A stretch of DNA of 63,870 nt, filler included, from Octopus bimaculoides (GCF_001194135.2; 6 parts of 5 records of this genome joined end to end with filler, not necessarily neighbours in it), one strand, 5' to 3'. Shown: positions 51,962 through 62,938, counted from the whole stretch's first letter. The notes: generated by a model not told the origin, from the letters alone. Translations and numbers: made by a program.

Positions 51962-52350
51962 GTGGAGGCGCAATGGCCCAGTGGTTAGGGCAGCGAACTC
52001 GCAGTCATGGGATCGTGGTTTCGATTCCCAGACCGGGCGTTGTGAGTGTTTATTGAGCAAAAACACCTAAAGTTCCACGAGGCTCCGGCAGGGGATGGTG
52101 GTAAATCCTGCTGTACGCTTCCACCACAACTTTCTCTCACTCTTACTTCTTGTTTCTGTTGTGCCTGTAATTCAAAAGGTCAGCCTTGTCACACTGTGTC
52201 ACGCTGAATATCCCCGAGAACTGCGTTAAGGGTACACGTGTCTTTGGAATGCTCAGCCACTTGCACGTTAATTTCAAGAGCAGGCTGTTCCGTTGATCGG
52301 ATCAACTGGAACCCTCGACGTCGTAAGCGACGGAGTGCCAACAACAACAA
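51962..52350 (+). mobile_element. SINE family A2, full length
   Basis: gtggaggcgcaatggcccagtggttagggcagcg...tttcgattccc head, shared 3' body and (CAA)n tail. Confidence 0.9.
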
Positions 52351-52554
52351 TTTTATCAGATCCAGAGTGGGGAAGGCAAAAATTGGCCTCCGTGGAGTTT
52401 GAACTGCAAATATAAGGAACAAAATACCACAAGGCACTGTGGCCATCACTCTAATGATTTCGCCTATCAACAACACATAATAACTATAACAATCCTTTCT
52501 ACTAACAGGCACAAGGCGTGAACTTCGGAGAAGGGGGCTAGTCGATTACATACA

Positions 52555-52790
52555 TATATGTATGTGTTTCTTTGCGTATCGGTGTTTGTTTCCCTATCGT
52601 CGCTTGACTACCGATATTGGTGTGTTTACTACCTCGTAACTTAGCGGTACGGTAAAAGAAACCGATAGAATTAGTACTAGGTTTACAAAGAATACGTCCT
52701 GGGGTAGTTTGTTCGACTAGAAGACGGTGCTACAGCATGGCCGCAGTCAAATGACTGAAATAAGTAAAAGAGTAATAGAGTAATAAAGAT
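52555..52790 (+). mobile_element. SINE family B 3' body
   Basis: Matches 51060-51270. Confidence 0.8.
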
Positions 52791-53119
52791 AATAATTTCA
52801 TCAGTCGCAGGTACTTGAATAGTTTTTTATACTAATGAGTGCGTGTTTGTGTGTTTGCATGTGTGTGTGTGTGTGTGTGTGTATGAGTGTGTGTGTGTAT
52901 GAGTGTGTGTGTGTGCGTGTGTGTGTGTGCGCGCGCGCTTTCTAAAGGCGAATACCACACTTAAGCAAGATTTCCGCGATATATCTGCTTTAAGTATGAT
53001 ATACGGATTGGTATTTTGAACTAATACTGTTTCCATCGCTTATAACAAATGCACACACACACTTACAAAACACACACACACACACACACATGCGCGTATA
53101 CATGCATATACTTATATGC

Positions 53120-53152
<33 letters not shown>

Positions 53153-54245
53153 TCCATATGTACATATATACATGCATACATGCATACATACATACGTGCA
53201 TACATACATACATACATACATACATACATACATACATACATGCATACATACTCGTATGAGGCTGGAGTATTAGCAATGTAAATGAATTAAATAACCAACC
53301 AAATACATTAACAGTGCAAGTGTCTGGACATAGCCGTTCGCGAAAATCGAAATCAGATCGTGAAGTAAATTCGCCGGAAACTTACTTCAACCCTACATCA
53401 CAAACACTGCCAACCATCATCACAGCCATCACCATGACGACAACCACAACCACCACCAGCACCACCACCGACGCCGTCGCCGCTGCCACCACCAGCACCA
53501 CCATACTACCACTAACATCGTCATCATACCTATACACACGGAACCGATCTGGTGCATTATAGTAATATCTAAATTGTGGGCGACTTGTGAAGCCCGAGAG
53601 AGTATAAAGTACTAGTAATTATAGAAGTGTATTTTCTGCTAGTTACCTCGTTATACAATTAATGAGGCGGTGATGTGGTTAGGGTGGGGACGGAGGTAAG
53701 CTTATCTATAATCACAATACAAAACAGTGTAATTAGTGCTTATTTTTTTACATCCTGTTAACAATTGTAGCTGTTTTATAGGGCGACAAAGATTACGCTT
53801 CATTCACAAATTTTCTTCCTTTCAGCTGAAAAACAAAAACTAATAAAATAAAATAAAATAAAGCTTTGTACATTTCGATCAGCTGACGCAATTAGGTGGG
53901 GGAACTTATGGTAAATGTTTTAATCGTATACTCGTGTTCAATCAATGTCCTTGTGGATTGAAATAGATTTCTTATAATAGGCACACAGCCCCGAATTTAC
54001 AGGGGAAAGGAAATGAAACTGATTCGCGTCCATGTCTTTTTGTTCATTCATTTACTTATTTATTTTTCATTTATTGGTTCATGCACACGAATGGGAATTG
54101 TCACAACTCGAAACAGGAATCGGTTTTAGGACTCGATTCACCGGTATTCGGAAAAAAAGTCACAGGAAAAGTTACGATTTTAGCTAGGAAAAAAAAGGTC
54201 ACATTTTTATTTAAATACTATAAACAATGTAATGATAAAGCACAA

Positions 54246-54559
54246 GTAAAGGCGCGTGGCTTAGTGGTTACGATATTTGACACATGGTCGTGATTTCGGT
54301 TCCCGGCAGCATATTGTGTCCTTGACCAAACAATTTATTTTACGTTGCTCCAGTCCACTCAGCTAGCAAAATGATTAGTATCTGTAATTCATAAAGCCAG
54401 CCTTGTCACATTCTGTCCCATGCTGAATCTCCCTGAGAACTACGTTAAGGGTACACGTGTCTGTGGAGTGCTCAGCCACTTGCACGTTAATTTCATGAGC
54501 AGGCTGTTTTTTGATCGGATTAACTCGAACCCTTGTCATCGTAACTGACGGAGTGTCAA
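54246..54559 (+). mobile_element. SINE family A
   Basis: Head and 3' body intact. Confidence 0.85.
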
Positions 54560-54617
54560 TCCAATAAAGCCAAAGATGTTTAAGATCAGTTACTGACAGT
54601 ACATGACTACACTACAC

Positions 54618-54925
54618 TGGCACTCCGTCGGTTACGACGACTAGGATTATAGTTGATCCGATCAACGGAACAGCCAGTTCATAAAATTAACGTGCAAGTG
54701 GCTGAGCACTCCACAGACACGTGTACTCTTAACGTAGTTCTGAGGGAGACTCAGCGTGACACAGAATATGATGAGGCTAGTCCTTTGAAATACAGGTTCA
54801 ACTCATTTTTGCCAGCTGAGTGGACTGGAGCAATTTGAAATAAAGTGTCTTGCTCAAAGACACAACGTGCCGTGGGAATCGAACTCATGACCATGAGCCC
54901 TAACCACTAAGCAACGAGGCTTCAC
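54618..54925 (-). mobile_element. SINE family A, inverted
   Basis: Reverse complement of 54246-54559, including a perfect 43-nt block. Confidence 0.85.
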
Positions 54926-54961
54926 TACATGACTTCAATACAAGCTATATATGATGGTATT

Positions 54962-55330
54962 GTGGAGGCGCAATGGCCCAGTGGTTAGGGCAGCGGACTC
55001 GCAGTTTCGATTCTCAGACCGGGCGTTGTGAGTGTTCATTGAGCGAAAACACCTAAAGCTCCATGAGGCTCCGGCAGGGGATGGTGGCGAACCCTGCTGT
55101 ACTCTTCCACCACAACTTTCTCTCACTCTTACTTCCTGTTTCTGTTGTGCCTGTAATTCAAAGGGTCAGCCTTGTCACACTGTGTCACGCTGAATATCCT
55201 CGAGAACTACATTAAGGGTACACATGTCTGTGGAGTGCTCAGCCACTTGCACGTTAATTTCACGAGCAGGCTGTTCCATTGATCGGATCAACTGGAACCC
55301 TCGACGTCGTAAGCGACGGAGTACCAGCAA
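54962..55330 (+). mobile_element. SINE family A2
   Basis: Matches 51962-52350. Confidence 0.9.
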
Positions 55331-55430
55331 TGATGGTATTACCACATGTGAAAAAATGCCTTTTATTCAATTTCTTAAACAATGTAAGACAATGAAACAA
55401 AACGAATGAAGTCATAATCAATATAAAACA

Positions 55431-55883
55431 CAGGAGGAGGTGCTGAAAAGTTCTGGCATTGAGTAAAAGAAAATACAGGAGGATCAGTTAATTATGATTT
55501 TATTCAACATACAGTAATCTCTCAACTATCGCGTGTGTTACGTTTCAAAAACCCCCGTGATAGGTGAAAATCCGCGAAGTAGAAACAGTAATGTACTGTA
55601 TATTTCAAAAATTATTTTTATAATTTTTATATGTTTATTTTATTATGAATGCAAAACAACACCACAGAGAATTCGAACGAAGCTTAAATAATACACCGCC
55701 ATAGGTGAACTGCAGCATGGCAAGGGATTACTGAATTCCCCTCTTATGTTCACACACTCATTCCAGCGGTCCTTCAGTTTTTCTAAGCCTTGAAAAGAAC
55801 TCAGAAGGTTGGGCCTCCAACCCTAACCCTAACCCTTTCTCGATAGTCTTAAAGCCAGGAACTTTTCAGTACGACATCGTGTA
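55431..55883 (-). mobile_element. Non-autonomous mariner with transposase C-terminal remnant, interrupted by a MITE
   Basis: TIRs ggtgctgaaaagttctggc / gccaggaacttttcagtac. After removing 55512-55733, the minus strand reads LEKLKDRWNECVNIRGEYVE*, the mariner RWxxCxxxxGxYxE terminus. Confidence 0.85.
55512..55733. mobile_element. Tigger/pogo-like MITE
   Basis: TA|cagtaatctc ... agggattactg|aa; homologue of 7332-7553. Confidence 0.85.
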
Positions 55884-56405
55884 CAGATTGGAAGCACTTT
55901 ACAACAGTATCGTAGCAGTACATGTATATTCGGCATTTTTAATGTTGACGACTAAGACGCCACCAAGAAACTCTGTCACAGTCTTGTGGTACTCCCATCC
56001 AGAAAAAGCTATGAAGCTATCCTTGTACTTGCGCATAACGTCAACGAACTCTTCTTTGAGAGGGGTTACCAACAGCATCTTGCTAGATAATTATGTTCAC
56101 TGTTGCTTCTTCGCGCTTGAACTATTCAGTGACACGCCAGTTTGACTGGGACTTTCTCCAGTGACTTTTTAACTGTGACTTTTTCTGTTCCTGTTTTTTT
56201 TTTAATTTTATTTTTCCGCATATTTTTTTCTTGTGACTTCTTTTTCCTGGATTCTACTCACCATTTCATCAAAATATTTCATGTTATTTTTAATAAAGAA
56301 TTTTAAAATTTAGAGGCGTTTTATCGGGCATCAAAATCAAGGAGCGCCTGACCAAATATCTTCTGGTACATAGTTTGGTACGCTCTCACTGGAAATAGGT
56401 TCAAG

Positions 56406-56501
<96 letters not shown>

Positions 56502-56616
56502 CACACACACAAACAATGCTTTTCATTCATCTAGAATCGATAAAATAAGTATCAGCGTAGTAGTCCAGAGGAGTTAAGTTGAATGTATGTAACGGATGTA
56601 TATAATAGTATGTATG

Positions 56617-56650
<34 letters not shown>

Positions 56651-57139
56651 CGTTTGTATGTATGTATGTATGTATGTATGTATGTTTGCATATGTGTGTA
56701 TGTGCGCGTGTGTGTGTCTGATCAGGGCTGACCTTGTGATAAACAATAACAAGGACTTGTACTCCTGATATACGCGACTCTCTATACACCTTTGATCTCT
56801 TTATCATATCTGAATTTGACTATCAGTGTCTATTTCCCTATCACATTATCAGATACTTCACCTAATCAAGTTAATCGACCTCGCATTATTTTTCTAAACA
56901 AAAGTTACAAATCCTAAACTTTCTAATATCCCAAGTTCATTGAAAGTTTGGAGCTATACTAATTCTTTTCTTGGCAGCTATGTCTACAATCAATCTGTGC
57001 TATCATTATGATCTATCCGGAACTGCTAAGTAAGCAACTGATATCATCCTCAAACATGACACTCCATTTACTTCACACAGTCAGAAACAATCCCCAGACT
57101 TCACGTGCTTGTTTATTGCTGCGTTACAGGGATTCATAT

Positions 57140-57355
57140 TTACTCTCTCTTTACTCTTTTACTTGTTTCAGTCATTTGACTGCGGCCATGCTGGAGCACC
57201 GCCTTTAGTCGAGCAAATCGACCCCCAGGACTTATTCTTTGTAAGCGTAGTACTTATTCTATCGGTCTCTTTTGCCGAACCGCTAAGTGACGGGGACGTA
57301 AACACACCACCATCGGTTGTCAAGCGATGTTGGGGGGCCAAACACAGACACACAA
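57140..57355 (-). mobile_element. SINE family B 3' body
   Basis: Reverse complement of 51060-51270. Confidence 0.85.
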
Positions 57356-57479
57356 ACATATACACATGCATACATACATNNNNNNNNNNNNNNNNNNNNN
57401 NNNNNNNNNNNNNNNNNNNNNNNTTAATTAATTAANNNNNNNNNNNNNNNNNNNNNNNNNNNNNNNNNNNNNNNNNNNN

Positions 57480-57512
<33 letters not shown>

Positions 57513-58014
57513 ATATGTGTATACATATGCATACAAACACAGACACAGACACACACACACACATCATATACAGATATACCGTATGATTATGATTATATAA
57601 ACACTATAGTATCATATTATCGTAGTCAATTAAAGGTACCACATACTGTTAAACTAACAGTGGAACTTGAAGTAATGCAACGCTGCGACACCAGGCTTTC
57701 CTCAGGGCAACTGACAAGCTACTGAGAAAACCGGAACTAAGACTCAACTTGTCAGAGCTATGGCCAAACTTTGGTATCAACAGATATACTATCAACAGAC
57801 CCCTGAACTAAAAGCCGCTGCCTGCTGGCAGAGGTTCCTCTCAACCCACTTAAGAAGATAAGATACTGCAGTTGCTCAGGGTTCCAATGGCTCGTGCCTT
57901 TGAATAGCACGCAGAAAAACCTGATTCTTCTTCAAGAAGTGGTTGTTAATGTTTTCAAGAAACACCTGGATATTCCACGATCTGCAATTCCACATGAATC
58001 TACGTCATAGCAAT

Positions 58015-59227
58015 AGGGCTTTCCTATAAGTAGGTTATCTCCCTTGGCTAGGCGGCGCTCCATGTAGACAATTAAACTTCCGCAGATTATCCACGCTATT
58101 GTTATTGTTTTACGTCTTATCATGGATATAAAGCAGCTCGATAATTCAGCTATCGAAGTACTTACTGTGCCTGAGTTAAAGAAATACTTAAGATTATATG
58201 GACAGTATGTTACTGGAAGAAAGGCAGACTTGACTGAAAGGTTGAAAGGTATAAAAATTCTGTCGATGAAGAATGTCAACAAAGTAAATTCATCGGACGA
58301 TACTTCAGACAGAAATAAGCAGAAGCTTATATCTCCTCTCGGTGAAGTATTGCCTGATCCCAATCTGCTTCCAGCATAGCTTTCANNNNNNNNNNNNNNN
58401 NNNNNNNNNNNNNNNNNNNNNNNNNNNNNNNNNNNNNNNNNNNNNNNNNNNNNNNNNNNNNNNNNNNNNNNNNNNNNNNNNNNNNNNNNNNNNNNNNNNN
58501 NNNNNNNNNNNNNNNNNNNNNNNNNNNNNNNNNNNNNNNNNNNNNNNNNNNNNNNNNNNNNNNNNNNNNNNNNNNNNNNNNNNNNNNNNNNNNNNNNNNN
58601 NNNNNNNNNNNNNNNNNNNNNNNNNNNNNNNNNNNNNNNNNNNNNNNNNNNNNNNNNNNNNNNNNNNNNNNNNNNNNNNNNNNNNNNNNNNNNNNNNNNN
58701 NNNNNNNNNNNNNNNNNNNNNNNNNNNNNNNNNNNNNNNNNNNNNNNNNNNNNNNNNNNNNNNNNNNNNNNNNNNNNNNNNNNNNNNNNNNNNNNNNNNN
58801 NNNNNNNNNNNNNNNNNNNNNNNNNNNNNNNNNNNNNNNNNNNNNNNNNNNNNNNNNNNNNNNNNNNNNNNNNNNNNNNNNNNNNNNNNNNNNNNNNNNN
58901 NNNNNNNNNNNNNNNNNNNNNNNNNNNNNNNNNNNNNNNNNNNNNNNNNNNNNNNNNNNNNNNNNNNNNNNNNNNNNNNNNNNNNNNNNNNNNNNNNNNN
59001 NNNNNNNNNNNNNNNNNNNNNNNNNNNNNNNNNNNNNNNNNNNNNNNNNNNNNNNNNNNNNNNNNNNNNNNNNNNNNNNNNNNNNNNNNNNNNNNNNNNN
59101 NNNNNNNNNATATATATATATATAAAGAAACATATCTGCGGAAGTTAAAGCAAGTCACTGAGCATGCGTACATGTCATACGGGAGAGTTCCAATCAGGGG
59201 TGGATAACAACCTTATAGGAACCCCCT
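58015..59227 (+). mobile_element. TIR-bounded DNA element with a SAP-domain ORF; ISL2EU/Harbinger-like (inferred)
   Basis: Left AGGGCTTTCCTATAAGTAGGTTATC versus right (reverse complement) AGGGGGTTCCTATAAGGTTGTTATC is 20/25 identical. Flanks are AT on both sides (58013-14, 59228-29). The centre is in a gap. Confidence 0.7.
58122..58379 (+). CDS. SAP-domain protein N-terminal fragment, probably transposon-encoded and truncated
   Basis: LTVPELKKYLRLYGQYVTGRKADLTERL fits the SAP consensus L.V.ELK..L...GL...G.K..LI.RL, followed by GEVLPDPNLL. Confidence 0.75.
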   Translation: MDIKQLDNSAIEVLTVPELKKYLRLYGQYVTGRKADLTERLKGIKILSMKNVNKVNSSDDTSDRNKQKLISPLGEVLPDPNLLPA

Positions 59228-59483
59228 ATATCAAAGCCCACTTTTACAGAAAGCTGTTTGATGAAGTAGGGTTGTAGAACAGTGATGGCGGTGTCCTCAT
59301 ATGGACACAGCGTGGGAGCAAGAACTGGGAAGAGAATAGGAGAGAGAACACACCATGCATATATGTATTTATGTTATGCACAAATGTGTGTATGCACACA
59401 CAGGCTCACACTCTTATGTGTGTGTGTGTGTGTGTGTGTGTATGTATTTGTGTGCATGTATGTAGATGCATACATATGCATAA

Positions 59484-59848
59484 GTGGAGGCGCAATGGCC
59501 CAGTGGTTAGGGCAGCGGACTCTCGGTCATAGGATCGTGGTTTCGATTCCCAGACCGGGCGTGTGAGTGTTTATTGAGCGAAAACACCTAAAGCTCCACG
59601 TGGCTCCGGCATGGGGATGGTGGCGAACCCTGCTGTACTCTTTCACCACAACTTTCTCTCACTCTTACTTACTTCCTGTTTCTGCTGTGCCTGTAATTCA
59701 AAGGGTCAGCCTTGTCACACTGTGTCACGCTGAATCTCCCCGAGAACTACGTTAAGGGTACACGTGTCTGTGGAGTGCTCAGCCACTTGCACGTTAATTT
59801 CACGAGCAGGCTGTTCCGTTGATCGGATCAACTGGAACCCTCGACGTC
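59484..59848 (+). mobile_element. SINE family A2, 3' end cut by gap
   Basis: Matches 51962-52350. Confidence 0.9.
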
Positions 59849-60109
59849 NNNNNNNNNNNNNNNNNNNNNNNNNNNNNNNNNNNNNNNNNNNNNNNNNNNN
59901 NNNNNNNNNNNNNNNNNNNNNNNNNNNNNNNNNNNNNNNNNNNNNNNNNNNNNNNNNNNNNNNNNNNNNNNNNNNNNNNNNNNNNNNNNNNNNNNNNNNN
60001 NNNNNNNNNNNNNNNNNNNNNNNNNNNNNNNNNNNNNNNNNNNNNNNNNNNNNNNNNNNNNNNNNNNNNNNNNNNNNNNNNNNNNNNNNNNTTTAGCTGA
60101 ACGGATATG

Positions 60110-60450
60110 CACAAGGTCAGCAACTTTAGGGAGGAGGCTGTCAATTACATCGATCCCTATGTTCAACTGGTACTTATTTCATCGATCCTAGAAGGATGAA
60201 AGGCAAAGTCAACCCCAGCGGAATTTGAACCCAGAACGTAAATTATTTGCATTATTTACATTTGACGGATATTTGTCCTCATCTTGTTTGTTGTTAACAC
60301 AACGTTTCGGCTGATATACCCTCCAGCCTTCATCAAGTGTCTTGGGGAAATTTCGCTTCTGGATTCTCATTCCTAAGGTAGAACCAGAACGTAAAGTCGG
60401 ACGAAATGCCGCTAAGCATTTTGCCCGGTGTATTAACGATTCTGCCGTCT
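60110..60450 (-). mobile_element. SINE family C interrupted by a 139-bp insert (60242-60380)
   Basis: SINE sequence resumes after the insert; gaacc(c)agaacgtaa is duplicated at 60227-60241 and 60381-60394. Confidence 0.8.
60296..60341 (-). ncRNA. Minimal type I HHR with C3U substitution
   Basis: GACAC-TTGATGA-A-GGCTG-GAGGGTATAT-CAGCC-GAAAC-GTT-GTGTT: 5-bp stem I, 5-bp stem II, ACGT stem III, GUU site. Confidence 0.7.
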
Positions 60451-60519
60451 TAGAAATACGCGACTGTGCTGCCGTACCTCTCCCATCCCAGCCACAGATT
60501 TTTCCGACAGTGAATATTT

Positions 60520-61600
60520 GCCTTGCGAGGAAAATAGTCTTGGAAACTCACCAGAATGGATCTTGGTGAAAGGAAAAAGGAAAAAAATTGCGAAATGAAA
60601 AGCGCAGTACAAGATTAAAAACTAAGAGATCAGAGAAGGAGACATAGAAACCAACAAACCATCAACGCAATTACAAACATCTCCAGCACTACAAACTCAA
60701 TCACCATTACAACATCTCAACAAACAAAATCATATAGCAATCTTGACCAACAACATGAGCAGCACTCCCAAAGCCTCACTAATTACACGGCCATAGACAC
60801 AAACAGCAACTTCATAAAACATATTCAAAAGACAGATATTACTCTAAATGAATACATCGGAGCTCCGCATAACACTCCTATTCACATAAAAATTATAAAA
60901 ACAACGCAACAAACTGAAAGCAAATATCTCAAAGGAATGCGAGATTTCTCTGGGTCCAGAAATAAAAGACTTTACAAAGAAATGCTAGTAGAGACACCCG
61001 CAAATAACCAGAAGGATAGAACATCTGTCTCTCCATAGAAATAGGGTAAGTGATTCTCTTCATTCTCTTCTGTCTGACAAACATAGCCTCGCTCAGAATA
61101 GGCAGTAGAAATGTACATGAACTCGGGTCGTCTTAGAAACAAGGCCACCAGCTCAATGACCTTAGGTTACTAAGTTTAGATATTGTAACTATCAGTGAAA
61201 CCAGACTCTCCGACCGACGAGATTTCATGCCCATTTTCCGTGGATATGAGATATATTTATCTTCATCTCAACCGAGAATGGGATGAGAGTGGAACTGCTT
61301 TCCAAATATCAACATAAAGTTTATCTTCCTGGACCGACGAGGTGCCTCCAGAATGATGGATGTTTTTGTTCCGAAAGGGCAGGACAACTAGATTTCTTCA
61401 GACGCCTGGAGTTTTTTTCCTGAAAACGTCTCGACCTTTAGTGGTAATAGGTAACTGGAACGCAATCCTGGACGCACGTTTAGATTGTGTAGGGTTAGCT
61501 GTTAGAAGAGTAGGAGTGCAAAACCTTGCAAACCTGCCCAAAGTTTCAGCTGCCTGACAGGTACCGACTGGATTTCCCGAATGTGCCAGTGTGGACATAG
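60520..61600 (+). mobile_element. Second Tx1/L1-like LINE 5' part: ORF1 remnant and decayed endonuclease
   Basis: RIGSRNVHELGSS*KQGHQLNDLRLLSLDIVTISETRLS...PLVVIGNWNAILDARLDCVG...DRYRLDFPNVPVWT aligns with 47690-48243. Confidence 0.8.
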
Positions 61601-61609
61601 AAAAAAAGG

Positions 61610-61671
<62 letters not shown>

Positions 61672-61697
61672 CATTATGATCGTTATTATTATCTATT

Positions 61698-61890
61698 AAG
61701 CGGCGAGCTGACAGAATCGTTAGCATGCCGGACGAAAAGCATAGCATCATTTCGTTCGTCTTTACGTTTTCAGCACAAATTCCGTCGAGGTCGACTTGGC
61801 CTTTCATCCTTTCAGAATGGATAAAACAAGTGCCAGTTGAGCAATCGACCTCCGCAACCCTCAAAATTTCAGGCCTTGTGCCTAAATTAG
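61698..61890 (+). mobile_element. SINE family C
   Basis: Matches 12291-12506. Confidence 0.85.
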
Positions 61891-62239
61891 AAAAAAAAGA
61901 ATTACTATTATTACTAACTAAAAGTAACAAAGTGACAGAAATTGCATTGCACTGAACTAAAATGACTCGCAGTATATTTTAATTACAGCAGCTCTTTAGT
62001 TGCTGTCTTTCAACATTAAGCCAATAAACACCAGTAATGAAATGTTGTTTCTTCAATTACCCATAGCAAACAGAAACAATCATCACCAACACCATCATTA
62101 TCACAATTTAATCGTTATTGCTGTAGCTGTTATTATCTTATTGTTGTTGCTGTTGTTTTTCTTTTCAACATCATCATCATCATCGTCATCATCATCATCA
62201 TCATCGTCATCATCATCATCATATCATCATCATCATCAT

Positions 62240-62275
<36 letters not shown>

Positions 62276-62284
62276 GTGTTCATC

Positions 62285-62380
62285 ATCATTTTTGTGGCAA
62301 GAAGGTTGCTTCGTAACCACAAGGTTCCGCGTTCAGTCCCACTGCGTGGCACCTTGGGGCAAGTGTCTTTTACTATAGCC
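62285..62380 (+). mobile_element. SINE family B head, cut by gap
   Basis: ggttccgcgttcagtcccactgcgtggcaccttggggcaagtgtc. Confidence 0.85.
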
Positions 62381-62480
62381 NNNNNNNNNNNNNNNNNNNN
62401 NNNNNNNNNNNNNNNNNNNNNNNNTTAATTAATTAANNNNNNNNNNNNNNNNNNNNNNNNNNNNNNNNNNNNNNNNNNNN

Positions 62481-62662
62481 GCGAAATCTTTTAATTGACA
62501 ATAAACCTATTTTTTAAATACTGTTAAATAAATAAATGTAAAAATATATGTTATTTTAAGCAAATATTTATGTATAAATTTCATAAGCGTTTATAAGGGG
62601 GTCCCTAAGGTAAAGCCTGAAATATAGAGGGGTCCGCAAGTCAAAAAGTTTGAAAACCCCTG
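62481..62662. mobile_element. hAT-like MITE right end
   Basis: Ends ggggtccgc...tttgaaaacccctg, followed by ttctagat (fits the NTCTAGAN hAT target preference). Confidence 0.7.
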
Positions 62663-62709
62663 TTCTAGATGGATGAAAGGCAAAATTTACCTCAGCAGGA
62701 TTTATATAT

Positions 62710-62938
62710 TTTACCCTTTAGCATTCAGATTTCTTTGTCCAATATGTTGCTTATTTATTCACATTGTTTTGAATTAATCATGCATTATCTCAAGGCTTCA
62801 AAATTTCCTGGATGTGATTGTATATTTTTAGAATGACATTGTAGGGGAGGTGTGAGAGGTTGGATCTTGTCAGTTTTAACTTAAAACAGATAGAATATTT
62901 GGGCTGGAAATGGCTGGTTTAAATGTTAATGGGTTTAA
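62710..62938 (+). mobile_element. piggyBac-like MITE
   Basis: Ends (tt)accctttagcatt ... aatgttaatgggtttaa; homologue at 12200-12292. Confidence 0.6.

Noticed and set aside
53314-53562. Thr-rich mucin-like ORF (similar tract at 51485-51580)
   Set aside because: Degenerate (ACC/ACA)n trinucleotide repeat with no splice or domain support.
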